The notes below the pieces were generated by a model. It did no database searches. It saw only the letters and a list, made by a program, of their open reading frames with translations, and had not been told where the DNA came from. Below, in pieces: positions 38,124 through 47,895 of a stretch of 64,000 bases of DNA; the stretch's first letter is position 1, and the number at the start of each line of letters is the position of its first letter. The translations under genes and the position numbers were made by a program. The DNA is from Candidatus Iainarchaeum sp. (GTDB lineage: Archaea > Iainarchaeota > Iainarchaeia > Iainarchaeales > GCA-2688035): positions 122,805 to 186,804 of the forward strand of contig JAFCCL010000001.1 of assembly GCA_017610205.1 (NCBI GenBank), written 5' to 3'.

Positions 38124-39374
38124 TTAAACTATTTTTAATCTATTTGTTTTTGGTTGCTGTTTTCTTTTTCTCCTTATTCCACTTCTGATTACTTTGGCAT
38201 ATTCCCTTGCTCTTTTCTTTAATGTTATTCCTTTTGCTGTTTCCAATGCGCCTTGGTAAAGTTTTGTTCTTACACTTTTTCCTGACATCAAAGCCATCCT
38301 GTTAGCTAACTGAGAAATATTTCCTGGTTCCACAAGAAGTCCATTTCTGCCATTTTTAACGATTTCTGGTATTCCGCCAACATTGCTTGCAATTACCGGT
38401 TTCCCGCAGGCAAAAGATTCAAGAATGACAAGAGGCATTCCTTCTCTTTGTGAAGGGAGAAGCAGTGCATTGGAAGCATTCAAGTATAAGTTTACCTGCT
38501 TTTGGCTTACCATGCCTGTAAAAGTAAACTTTTTGGCAATACCCAGCTCTTTTAGCCTGTTAATCATAACAGGCTTTAGTGGACCGTTTCCAACTATTAA
38601 AAAGTGAAGATTTGGTGCTTTTTGTAAGGCTATTGCAGCGGCTTCAACTATATCCATTGGTCTTTTTATAGGCCTTAAGGTTGAAACATGAGTAAGCAGA
38701 ACTGCTTCTTTTGGTATGCCCAGCTTGACTTTTGTCCTTACTCTGCGGGAAAGGGAACCTGGCTTAAAAGTGGACATATCTATGGCATTTGGAATCACAG
38801 TTACTCCGTTAACTCCCATTTTTTGAAGGGTATTCTTTAAATAATTGGATACTGATATCTTTGCATCAGGATTATGGTATGATCTGATAATTGTTTTTTT
38901 TACAGTTGCAAATTCAGATGTGGTAAGGTTGTGAACATCACTTCCATGAAATACTGAGACTAAAGCAATGTTATTTTTTTTTGCAAGATTTTGCACAAAA
39001 GAAAGGTAAGGAACATTAAAATTCACCATTATTGCATCTGGCTTGCTTTTTTTGAGTTCCTTTGATATAGCATCAGTAAAAGGCTTTCTTGCTATGCCTC
39101 CGCCAAGACCAACAATCTGCCTCAATGGCTTTGCAAGCTTGTAGGTTTCAAGGTTTGGAACACTTAACATCCTTTTTACCGGAATTTGAATAACCTTCAA
39201 ATTCTTTGGCTCTCTCAAAGTTTTTCCAGGAACGGCTTCCGTAAAAATAGTTATTTTGTGACCAAGCCTTGCCAGTTGTTTTGCAATATTCCAGCCGGCT
39301 TGTTGACCTCCGCCAAATCTTGGTGGATAAGCGCCAACCGCAAATATATTCATATTTCTTAAACTTTTTGACAT
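38124..39374 (-). CDS. Family 4 glycosyltransferase (GT-B), unusually basic
   Basis: YPPRFGGGQ, FHGSDV, IPNAID, PSQREGMPLVILESFACGKPVIASNVGGIPE. Confidence 0.92.
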   Translation of the reverse strand: MSKSLRNMNIFAVGAYPPRFGGGQQAGWNIAKQLARLGHKITIFTEAVPGKTLREPKNLKVIQIPVKRMLSVPNLETYKLAKPLRQIVGLGGGIARKPFTDAISKELKKSKPDAIMVNFNVPYLSFVQNLAKKNNIALVSVFHGSDVHNLTTSEFATVKKTIIRSYHNPDAKISVSNYLKNTLQKMGVNGVTVIPNAIDMSTFKPGSLSRRVRTKVKLGIPKEAVLLTHVSTLRPIKRPMDIVEAAAIALQKAPNLHFLIVGNGPLKPVMINRLKELGIAKKFTFTGMVSQKQVNLYLNASNALLLPSQREGMPLVILESFACGKPVIASNVGGIPEIVKNGRNGLLVEPGNISQLANRMALMSGKSVRTKLYQGALETAKGITLKKRAREYAKVIRSGIRRKRKQQPKTNRLKIV

Positions 39375-39416
39375 TAGCCAAATTAGGTTTAAAGAAGAAT
39401 TTAAACCTTGCTGTTT

Positions 39417-39866
39417 TTAAACTTCTTCAATTTCAACCATTTCTTTTTTTATTGCAAGTTCTTTTTCAAGCCTTTTTTGGAGGGCTTGGTTGAATGTTGT
39501 GGTTCCTGCAATTATGAAAAAGAATTCTTGTTCGTTGTCCAGGTGTCTTTTAATCATTTTTCTGTCAACAAAGCCTGATTCACCCTGCCACTTTTCCTTT
39601 TCCTCTTGGTTAAGGTTTGTGAGCACGTGCACTATTTGCAGTTTTGGATTTTGCTCTGCAAGCAATTCAAGTTCTTCCTTGAACAGAATTTTTTCCTGGT
39701 TTTTGCAGCAGTAAAAAACAATTATTTCAAGCTCTTTTAGCTTTTTTTCCTTTGCAAGTTCTTCCAAAAGGCTTTTGACTTGTTCAATTGCCTTGCTTTT
39801 TACAAGGAATGCAATTTTGTCGCTTTTCCTTTTGTCAAATTTCTTGCCTAAATTTGTTTCGAACAT
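39417..39866 (-). CDS. Degenerate stand-alone FNR-type NAD(P)-binding domain
   Basis: ILFKEELELL..., HVLT..., WQGESGFVD, FFIIAG; lacks the FAD domain and the GGxGxxP motif. Confidence 0.65.
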   Translation of the reverse strand: MFETNLGKKFDKRKSDKIAFLVKSKAIEQVKSLLEELAKEKKLKELEIIVFYCCKNQEKILFKEELELLAEQNPKLQIVHVLTNLNQEEKEKWQGESGFVDRKMIKRHLDNEQEFFFIIAGTTTFNQALQKRLEKELAIKKEMVEIEEV

Positions 39867-39946
39867 TGATAAAATAATGAAGCAAACCCTATTTATTAAG
39901 GTTTTTCCCCTCTTTTTTTGAAAGAACGTACACGGAGTTTTTTTCA

Positions 39947-41650
39947 ATGGCTAAAATTAAGGCTGTTTTTTTTGATTTGGATGACACATTGTTTGACTGC
40001 AGCGGTTCGCTTATTGACAATGCAAGAAAAAGAGCTGCTAAGGCAATGGTTAAAGCAGGATTGCCTTGTTCTTCAAAAAAGGCTTACAGCCTGCAGGTTG
40101 AGCTTTTTAAACAGCTTGGTCCAATGGAAAACATTTTTGACAGAATGTGCAACCTGTTTAATTGTCCAAAGGATGAAAGGCGAAAGTTTGTAAAAGCCGG
40201 CTTTAAAGCCTACAACAGTGACGACGTTGAAAAAATAAAGCCCTTTCCTGATGCAATTCCCACTTTGAAAAAACTTAGAAAAAAGGGCTTAAAGCTTGTT
40301 TTGATTACAAGCGGAATTTATGAAAGACAGTCAAAAAAAATAAAGATTCTTGGCTTGAAAAAAATGTTTGACTTGATTTTAATACACGATTTTGAAAAGG
40401 ATGTTAGCAAGTTTAAGAAATTTGAAAAAGCTATGAAGGAACTTAACCTTAGTTCAAGAAAAGTTATTGCTGTTGGTGATAAGGTTTCAAGTGAGATAAG
40501 AATGGCAAACAGGCTTGGAATGATTAGTGTAAGAGTTTTAAGGGGTCGTTTTAGTAAAATTAAGCCAAGGAACGAATTGGAGGAACCTGATTACTCAATT
40601 AAAAATATTGAATTGCTGCTTCCCTTGCTTAAAAAAGTTGAAAAAAGGCTTCCGAAAGAAAACGGGCTTAAGGTTGTTGCAATAGGTGGTGGAACTGGCT
40701 TGCCAAGCGTTCTTGAAGGACTTAAACAGTATACTAGGAATATCACTGCAATTGTTACAGTAACTGATTCAGGACGAAGCACTGGTGAGCTAAGGAAAGA
40801 ATTTGGAATTCCTGCACCTGGTGATTTAAGAAACTGTCTTGTTGCATTAAGCGAATCAGAAAAACTAATGCTTGATTTGTTCAATTACCGGTTTGAAGGG
40901 CATTTGCTTAAAGATATGAGCTTTGGCAATCTTTTAATAGTTGCTTTGGCAAAAAGCACTGGAAGTTTTATGAAGGGGATTAGAGCTGCAAGCAAAATTC
41001 TTGCAATTAAAGGAAAGGTACTGCCTTCAACAGCTCAAAGCGTGCATGTTTGCACAGAACTAACCAATGGAACGCTTTTTACAAACGAAGACGCTCTTAT
41101 CCAGCGTGATGTTTTGCCTGAAAAGATTGCCAAAAGACCTCCAATTAAAAGGGTTTTTTTAAAACCTGAGGCAAAAATTTTGCCAGAGGCAAAAAAGGCA
41201 ATTTTGGAAGCCGACTTGATTGTTTTGGGACCAGGAAGCCTTTACACAAGTATTGTAACAAATTTGCTGGTTAATGGAATGAAGGAAACAATCAAAAAAA
41301 GCAGTGGGAAAAAGGTTTACATTGCAAATGTCATGACTCAGGTAAATCAAACTCATGGTTTTACTCTTTCAAAACACGTGGAAGAAATTGAAAAATATTT
41401 GGGCAAAAGAGTTTTAGACTTTGTTGTCTTTAATAGCAAAAAGCCTTCTAAGAAAATTCTTGAAAAATATTTTGCAGAACAAAGTTTTTTTGTAAAAAAT
41501 GATGTTAGTTTAAATACAAAAAAGCCAAGGGCAGTTGGGGCTGATATTCTTGAAAAGCCTGTTTTTTCAAATAAGAATTTAACCAAACAGCAGCTGTTAA
41601 GGCATGATTCGAAAAAGCTTGGCGCGGTTTTAATACGGCTTATAACCTAG
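39947..41650 (+). CDS. Fusion of HAD hydrolase and YvcK/GlmR (UPF0052, CofD-like) domain
   Basis: N-terminal FDLDDTL...VGDKVSSEI; C-terminal VAIGGGTGL, DSGRSTGELR, PGDLRNCL, GPGSLYTS, RHD. Confidence 0.88.
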   Translation: MAKIKAVFFDLDDTLFDCSGSLIDNARKRAAKAMVKAGLPCSSKKAYSLQVELFKQLGPMENIFDRMCNLFNCPKDERRKFVKAGFKAYNSDDVEKIKPFPDAIPTLKKLRKKGLKLVLITSGIYERQSKKIKILGLKKMFDLILIHDFEKDVSKFKKFEKAMKELNLSSRKVIAVGDKVSSEIRMANRLGMISVRVLRGRFSKIKPRNELEEPDYSIKNIELLLPLLKKVEKRLPKENGLKVVAIGGGTGLPSVLEGLKQYTRNITAIVTVTDSGRSTGELRKEFGIPAPGDLRNCLVALSESEKLMLDLFNYRFEGHLLKDMSFGNLLIVALAKSTGSFMKGIRAASKILAIKGKVLPSTAQSVHVCTELTNGTLFTNEDALIQRDVLPEKIAKRPPIKRVFLKPEAKILPEAKKAILEADLIVLGPGSLYTSIVTNLLVNGMKETIKKSSGKKVYIANVMTQVNQTHGFTLSKHVEEIEKYLGKRVLDFVVFNSKKPSKKILEKYFAEQSFFVKNDVSLNTKKPRAVGADILEKPVFSNKNLTKQQLLRHDSKKLGAVLIRLIT

Positions 41651-41705
41651 TTGGGTTAAAAGAAAGGCATTGGTGTTTGTTTCATAACTAGTTGAAAGAA
41701 AGGCT

Positions 41706-44700
41706 TTAGTGCTTGTTTCCTAATTTTATTAAATTTCCTGTTACTCCTTCAATAAAAATCTTTCTTACACTGCCGTTCTTTTTTCTCAAAAATGTTTCGT
41801 AAACAGGAAGATAAACAAGATCCATTTTTTTAACAACAATATTTTCCCAAAGCTTTTGCATAATCTTTCCAAGTTTTTCCCTGTTAATTCCTTCCCTCAT
41901 AAGACTCATAGCCTCAATGTTTAAAACAGGAATTTGTTCCAAAGATGAAAGCATTGGATGTGTTGGAGCAGGCGGAAGTTCAAGGGCTCTTGCAAGACTA
42001 TAAAAGTCTGTTCCGTTTATTTTTTCTTTTAATACAAAACCCTTTTCTTCAAGGCTTTGCAGAATTCTTTTTACAAGCGAATTGCTTTCACCAAGCCCTT
42101 CAACAATTGCTGCAAATTCTTTTTTTCTGTCAAGCAACATCAAAAGCTTTAATTCATTTTTGCTTAAATTTTCAATCAATGCAAGACCATTGCTTTCAAT
42201 AAACCCATTTTTTTTCCCGCTGAAATGAATAAATTCTCCGGTAATGCTGTTGACAAAGGCAACCAATTTCCTAAAAGTCTTTTTTGTATCAAATGCATTG
42301 TATTCAACCCTGTAAATTGGCATATACCGCAACTGCATGTTTTCAATAGCTTCCTCGCTTCCAAAAATTCCCAAAAGCCGTTTTTTCCTTACCTTGTTGA
42401 ACATTTGCATTGCTTTCTCTTCATTAACTGAAGCAGGAAAGGCAAGCAATTCAATGCTTTCCTCAGGAAAAACAGCTTTGGCTTCTTTTTCAACCTCTTT
42501 TTCTGCTTCGCCAACAAGTTCTTCCGCAAGGGCTTCATCCTGTAATTCTCCAGGAATGCTTACAGTGCTGTTTTCATCATCCATTACTGCCCCTATTTCC
42601 TCAAGCTTTTCAAGAACTTTTCCAAGTTCAACGCCTGATTTGTATTTTGCATTCAGGGTTTCAACAACCTGATTAATTGTAGAAGTTGGCAGGCTTCCAA
42701 CCTGGTCAAGCTTGCTTTTTGACATTTCAACCGCCAGCAATAAAACTTTTTCGTCGTCAAGCTTTAAATTTCTTTCAACTGTTTCAGCTTCCCGTCCCTC
42801 ATGCTGTGACATTCTGGGCCTTATTCTTAGTACAAATGCTCTGGTTGTTTCTTCCCTTCGGTCTCCTGTTAGGGCAATTCCCACAGGCAGTGTTTTGATA
42901 AAATTGCTTTTTTTGTACTGTTTTGGAACCATTGTCGGAACCCTTTTGTAAAATGCTTTGACGTCATCATCAAAAACAAGCTTGTGTGATATTACTATAT
43001 CAAGCTGGCTCAGAACCTTTGTATTAATTGCACTTGGTTGCTGTGTTGCAAAAACAAGAGAACATCCTGGCCGCCTTCCCTGTTTTACATACTCAATAAG
43101 GGAATTGCTTGCAGGCGTCATCACATTTCCGCTTGGAATAAGGGTGTGGGCTTCATCAATAAAAAGCCAGGTTGGAGGAACTCCAAATTCAAGCAAGTTG
43201 TCAACATTTTTCTCTTTTCCAAATCGTCCGGCACTCTCTCTTCTTGTGCTAACCTTTCTTGCAGCCAAAATCCTTCTTGCAAGAATTCCAATAACCAATG
43301 CTGAAACATTGTCTTCAAGGAAAGAGGTGTCAATTACTGTCATTTGTCCTTCCCTGCTTAGTTCCACAAGAGGCGTTCCAAGGCTGTTAAAAACACCCCA
43401 GTTTTTTGCAGCATCAAACCTGCTTACAAGCGCTCTGATGCTGTCAGGCTTGTAGCCTCTTTCACCACTATTGATCTCTTCGTCTGTTTGCAGGCATCTA
43501 ATAAAGTCTTCTAATGAAAACAAATCTTTTTTTGCCCTGATTTTTTTGCCGTCCTTGTTTGTATATCCTTTTTTGACCTTTTCAAGACCTTTTTCCATCA
43601 ACAAACCGCTTGGACTAAATCTTTCAATTCCAAAAGTAAGACACCAATCCTCTGTTGTCAAAAGAGAAGGAGGCATGCTAAAGGTTGCGTCATAAGTTGA
43701 TTTTGGAACCTGGTCTGCAACCCCTTCAGGAATAAACACTCTTAAATTTTCAAGACCCTGCGGCAACAAATCCCATTTTGCAAGCGACTCAAGTTCCCTT
43801 GTTTCCCTGTTTGGATATCGCATTCCCCAAAAAACACCAACCGGGTCAACCACAATTACTCCTACGTTTTTGTTTTTTACTGCAAGCTCTTCTGCAATTA
43901 CTCCAAGGACATAGCTGTTGTGTACAATTATATCATTTGCAACAAAGTTGTGCACATTCGGTATTTCAATATCATAAACATCTGTTTCGCCTATTATTTC
44001 TTCCACTAAAGTTATTTCGTCCCAGAAAATTTCTGATTGTGCAAGCATTTGGATGCCCTTGTTTTCATCTACTAATGCAATTTTAAGTAGTTTTTCTCTT
44101 GAGGGAGCATAGCTTATACTGCTGTGAACCCAGTTTGACTTATACTCTAAAGCTCTCGATGTCGCTTTAGCATTTTTTGGCCTATAGCAGTCCCAAACTT
44201 CTTTTGGGATTGTGTCAATGTTTGGATTTCTATTCACGCTAAAAGCTTCCTCAATCGCTTTCTCTTGCCTTAGCTCTTTTGTTCCAAAAAAGCCAATTTC
44301 TGAAATAAATTTGATTACATTTTCCCCATATAACACAACTTCGAATGTATCAAATTTCTTGCCTCTGCATTTTACTTTTTTTTCTCTCATTCTAGACATT
44401 ATCCCAAATCTTAAAAGTAAATGCTGGACTTGTTTTGCCAGTTTTTTGGAAGACGAAGCATAGCAAGCTCCCCATGTTTTGCCTTTACTAATCCTATAAA
44501 TGCTTCCATCACAGCTGAACATTCTGTTCAAAAACAATGCAATCTGATGCTTTTCCAGCTGCAGTACTTCTTTTGGAATAAACTTTTCTTTTGATAACTT
44601 ATTGTAGAGTCCAAGCGATTCAACAAACTGCATCAGACTGCTTTTTTGTGCAACAACAAAACCCCTGTTTGTAAACTGTCCTTTTTCATTTCTTACAACA

Positions 44701-46052
44701 TGACTTGTATCAATTTTTTTCTTTTGTTGAATTATTCTAAAACAGTCTGGATGGCTGTGAGATTTTATTTTGAGGTCCTGATCAAATTCCATAACACTTT
44801 TTTTAAAATCTTTAACTATTTTTGGATCCTTGTTACTAAACAATACAAACTGATTGCCTAAATGTCCTTCTGCAATTAAATATGCAAGCAGCTTCACATC
44901 GCATTCTTTCATTTTTGTTTTTCCAAAATTGTTTAAAATTCGAGGAGTGGCTATTCTACTTCCTAAGCCTAATTCACCAGCCTGTTTCCATCCATTGACG
45001 GTAAGCAAAGGGTGTTCAGGAGTAAGCTTTATTTCCTTACCTGTTCCCAGTTTAATGTTAAGTATTTTATTCACTTTCCTTTTTGAAAAAGCAATTTTAT
45101 CAACCTGTTTCACTTTGAGATTGTGGTCTAAAGCGCAAACTTTTGCACTCTCTTCTTTCAATTCCTTTATAGGAACAACACGTCCATCGCCAAGCGGAAT
45201 TAATGTATCTCCATGAAGGCATTTTCCACTTCCCCTTGCACCACATACAAAAACAACGTGGGGATTAAGACTGTCAAGGTAAATATCCTTGTCATACAAA
45301 TCTTTTTCTCCAATCCTTCCAATAAAAAGCGAGGCCTCATCACCATATTTTTGAAAAACACTTTTCTTTCTTCCAATAAACGCCTTTCCGTTTTCATTCT
45401 GCAAAAACTTCAATTCAGGCTTTACAAAAGGACCATGTGGGAGCTCTTTAGCAACCTCTCCTTCTGCCATTTTTTCTCCTTCTTTTACTCCAATTTCCTT
45501 TGTTCCAGTCTCTTTTTCAACCAAAACACTGTCCTTTTCAGGAGGAGTAATGTCCTTTTTAGCGGCTTTTACTGCCTTTGCAAACACGATTTTTTTTATT
45601 TTTTCCTTCAAAGGTCTTTCTTCAACAGCCCTAATTTTTGACCTTTTTCGGCTTTTACCTGCTGTTTTTTTGCTATCTTGCCCTGTTTTTGCCTCTTTTT
45701 TGGCATCTTTTACTGGCTTTTCCTCTTCTTTTGGCTTTTCTTCCAGTTCCTCAGGCATTTTGGGCGGAGGCGCAGGTTCCAGAGGATCGTCTTCCTCAGA
45801 ATCCTCTTCTTTTGGCTTTTCTTTCCCATTTTCCTCAGAATCGCTTACTTTGTCAGAATCTGTTTCTTCTTCCGAATCTGTTTCTTTTTCAGAATCAGAC
45901 TCTTCCTCTCCTTTCACTTTGTTTTGCCCTCCAAATACTTTTGCCGGCTTTTTCTCATTCTCTGCTTTCTCAGCATCCACTGCCTTTTCAGAATCTGCTT
46001 TTTTTGGGTCTTCTCCAAAAGCATCGTCAAACAGGTCTTTTTCTTCAGCCAT
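41706..46052 (-). CDS. HerA/DUF87-like P-loop ATPase with intein, acidic disordered N-terminus and C-terminal wHTH-like region
   Basis: GARGSGK|intein|SY, VVDPVG, FIDEAH, QGRRPG, ATQQP. Confidence 0.88.
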   Translation of the reverse strand: MAEEKDLFDDAFGEDPKKADSEKAVDAEKAENEKKPAKVFGGQNKVKGEEESDSEKETDSEEETDSDKVSDSEENGKEKPKEEDSEEDDPLEPAPPPKMPEELEEKPKEEEKPVKDAKKEAKTGQDSKKTAGKSRKRSKIRAVEERPLKEKIKKIVFAKAVKAAKKDITPPEKDSVLVEKETGTKEIGVKEGEKMAEGEVAKELPHGPFVKPELKFLQNENGKAFIGRKKSVFQKYGDEASLFIGRIGEKDLYDKDIYLDSLNPHVVFVCGARGSGKCLHGDTLIPLGDGRVVPIKELKEESAKVCALDHNLKVKQVDKIAFSKRKVNKILNIKLGTGKEIKLTPEHPLLTVNGWKQAGELGLGSRIATPRILNNFGKTKMKECDVKLLAYLIAEGHLGNQFVLFSNKDPKIVKDFKKSVMEFDQDLKIKSHSHPDCFRIIQQKKKIDTSHVVRNEKGQFTNRGFVVAQKSSLMQFVESLGLYNKLSKEKFIPKEVLQLEKHQIALFLNRMFSCDGSIYRISKGKTWGACYASSSKKLAKQVQHLLLRFGIMSRMREKKVKCRGKKFDTFEVVLYGENVIKFISEIGFFGTKELRQEKAIEEAFSVNRNPNIDTIPKEVWDCYRPKNAKATSRALEYKSNWVHSSISYAPSREKLLKIALVDENKGIQMLAQSEIFWDEITLVEEIIGETDVYDIEIPNVHNFVANDIIVHNSYVLGVIAEELAVKNKNVGVIVVDPVGVFWGMRYPNRETRELESLAKWDLLPQGLENLRVFIPEGVADQVPKSTYDATFSMPPSLLTTEDWCLTFGIERFSPSGLLMEKGLEKVKKGYTNKDGKKIRAKKDLFSLEDFIRCLQTDEEINSGERGYKPDSIRALVSRFDAAKNWGVFNSLGTPLVELSREGQMTVIDTSFLEDNVSALVIGILARRILAARKVSTRRESAGRFGKEKNVDNLLEFGVPPTWLFIDEAHTLIPSGNVMTPASNSLIEYVKQGRRPGCSLVFATQQPSAINTKVLSQLDIVISHKLVFDDDVKAFYKRVPTMVPKQYKKSNFIKTLPVGIALTGDRREETTRAFVLRIRPRMSQHEGREAETVERNLKLDDEKVLLLAVEMSKSKLDQVGSLPTSTINQVVETLNAKYKSGVELGKVLEKLEEIGAVMDDENSTVSIPGELQDEALAEELVGEAEKEVEKEAKAVFPEESIELLAFPASVNEEKAMQMFNKVRKKRLLGIFGSEEAIENMQLRYMPIYRVEYNAFDTKKTFRKLVAFVNSITGEFIHFSGKKNGFIESNGLALIENLSKNELKLLMLLDRKKEFAAIVEGLGESNSLVKRILQSLEEKGFVLKEKINGTDFYSLARALELPPAPTHPMLSSLEQIPVLNIEAMSLMREGINREKLGKIMQKLWENIVVKKMDLVYLPVYETFLRKKNGSVRKIFIEGVTGNLIKLGNKH
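43917..45221 (-). mobile_element. Intein (435 aa) with LAGLIDADG homing endonuclease inserted in the Walker A motif
   Basis: Begins CLHGDT; block B TPEHPL; LAYLIAEG and MFSCDGS; ends VYDIEIPNVHNFVANDIIVHN followed by Ser. Confidence 0.95.
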
Positions 46053-46201
46053 TTAAAATCACTTAATTAAATAACGCAATTCAAGTATTTTAAGGTAATG
46101 TTCTTAAATTAATTTGCATCCACTCTAAAAAACCAAGCCAATGTTTTAAATTCTAATCATTCACCTATATTTAAAAGAGCCTTAATAAAATTCTCTTAAA
46201 A

Positions 46202-46274
46202 GGGGTTATAGCATAATCTGGTAGTGCAGTTGGCTCCAGACCTTCTGATCAGGGTTCAAATCCCTGTAACCCCA
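46202..46274 (+). tRNA. tRNA-Trp(CCA), intron-less, with two U-U mismatches in the anticodon stem
   Basis: GGGGTTA/TAACCCC acceptor; GTTGG-CTCCAGA-CCTTC; CAGGG-TTCAAAT-CCCTG. Confidence 0.88.
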
Positions 46275-46301
46275 TTTTTTTAATTCAAAAAAGTGAAAAA
46301 A

Positions 46302-46630
46302 ATGCGCAAAAAACGATGTGTAATTCTTGCAAACGAAGCTAAAAAAAATACAAGACCAAATTGTACAATTGGCATAGAATTACCCTGCAAGTCTGTAAAA
46401 TGCAGGCAAACAGAAGGCAAAACAAAACTTACACAAATGATGCTGAACCAAGGAATTCCAGTTGGAAAGCACGAAATGAATGTAATAAGACAGGCGGCAG
46501 AGCACTATTTTTGCTCAACTGCCCTGGGAAAAAACCAAGGAACTTTGGCTTTTTCAAAATAAAAGAAATTGAAAATGGAAAGTTTGAAATAAAATTCAAA
46601 AAAGAAAAATATGAACTAATGCTTTTGTAG
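46302..46630 (+). pseudogene. Small Cys-containing protein split over two overlapping frames (-1 shift at GGGAAAAAAC)
   Basis: ORFs 46293-46562 and 46361-46630 join as ...STALGKK|PRNFGFFKIKE... Confidence 0.5.
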
Positions 46631-46702
46631 GGGCCCTTCGTCTAGTGGCAGGATAATTCCTTCGCAAGGAATAGATCGCGAGTTCGATTCTCGCAGGGTC
46701 CA
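46631..46702 (+). tRNA. tRNA-Ala(CGC)
   Basis: GGGCCCT/AGGGTCC acceptor with G3-U70; ATTCC-TTCGCAA-GGAAT. Confidence 0.95.
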
Positions 46703-46714
46703 CTTTTTAATTAC

Positions 46715-47257
46715 TTAAACTTGCAAACCTCTTTTTCTAAGTTCTTTAGTTTTTTTAATTGAACAGGATTCACATCTGAATTCTGGAGATTTTTCTTTTC
46801 GCCTGTTATAGTTTAAAGCAAGTACTAATCTATATCCTCTTACTGATTTTTTTTTACAATCAACACAAACAATATCTTCAGAAACTTCCCACAATGGCGG
46901 AAGTGTTTTGCCTGTAAAAATCCACCTGTCTACCCAGAAAAATATCAATCCGCCTATTAGGTTAGCTAATAAAACTCCAATTAATCCTGGCCCAAAAAGT
47001 TGAATTACTGAATAAAGGGTAATGCTTGTTAGTTGCCATCTTCCAAGATACATTAAATACTTTTTGACAAGTTTGTCTTGTTTTTCTTCAAGAATTATTC
47101 GATCTACCCAAAAGAAAACAAGTCCTCCAATAAGGTTTGCAGTAACAACTGCAATAATACTGTCGCCAAGAAAAAAGAATACAAACGCAAGAAGCGGGGT
47201 TGACAATTGCTACCTAATCAGGTATAATAAATATTTTGTACTAAATCGCTGAAGCAT
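46715..47257 (-). pseudogene. Membrane protein with duplicated N-terminal module and C-terminal Zn finger; in-frame TAG at codon 16
   Basis: MLQRFSTKYLLYLIR*QLSTP aligns with the internal repeat KYLMYLGRWQLTSI; ANLIGGLxFFWVDR occurs twice; CVDC...CESC. Confidence 0.75.
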
Positions 47258-47300
47258 AGAAAAAAATAGGGTGAGTCTTTTTTTATATTTATTGCAATTT

Positions 47301-47825
47301 TTAATGCTTTGTTAGTGCCTTTGCTATTACTTCACCAAATTGTTTTGCTGCATCAGGACCGTTTGCAGTAATTATTTTTCCATCAATTGTGACATTCTTT
47401 CCAGTATAATTTGCGCCTTTTTCATGCAGGTTTTCTGCCTGACTGCTAAAAGCGGTTGCCTTTTTTCCCTTAAGCAATCCAGCGTTTGCAAGAATGCTTG
47501 GCGCAATGCATATTGCTGCAACAACTTTTTTTTCTTCAACAGCCTGTTTTGCAATCTGCCTTGCTTTTGCGTCATCAAAATAAGCCGCTGCTCCAAGGCC
47601 TCCAACAAAAACAATTGCATCATAGTCCTTGATTTTAAGATTGTTAAGTGTAATGCTTGCCTTTGCAGTTTCTCCCCCTATTCCCATAATTGTTCCGGCT
47701 TTCCTACTTGCTATAAATGTTTCAGCACCTGCTTTTTCAAGCACTTCCTTTGGTTCAAAAAGCTCTTCTTCTCTAAAATTTTTTGGAGCAATTACAAACA
47801 ACACTTTTTTTTTCTTAAGCACCAT
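47301..47825 (-). CDS. DJ-1/PfpI family protein
   Basis: FREEE, FVGGLGA, AAICIAP, ITANGP. Confidence 0.93.
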   Translation of the reverse strand: MVLKKKKVLFVIAPKNFREEELFEPKEVLEKAGAETFIASRKAGTIMGIGGETAKASITLNNLKIKDYDAIVFVGGLGAAAYFDDAKARQIAKQAVEEKKVVAAICIAPSILANAGLLKGKKATAFSSQAENLHEKGANYTGKNVTIDGKIITANGPDAAKQFGEVIAKALTKH

Positions 47826-47895
47826 GGTTAAGTTTAATGCAGAACTTTTTTAATGAGTTTCGGCTAAATAAATATCATTTTGAAGGTTTTCAATC

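Noticed and set aside
45550-46070. Several plus-strand ORFs opposite the HerA N-terminus, and similar antisense ORFs elsewhere
   Set aside because: Shadow frames of low-complexity or A-rich coding sequence; no motifs or RBS.
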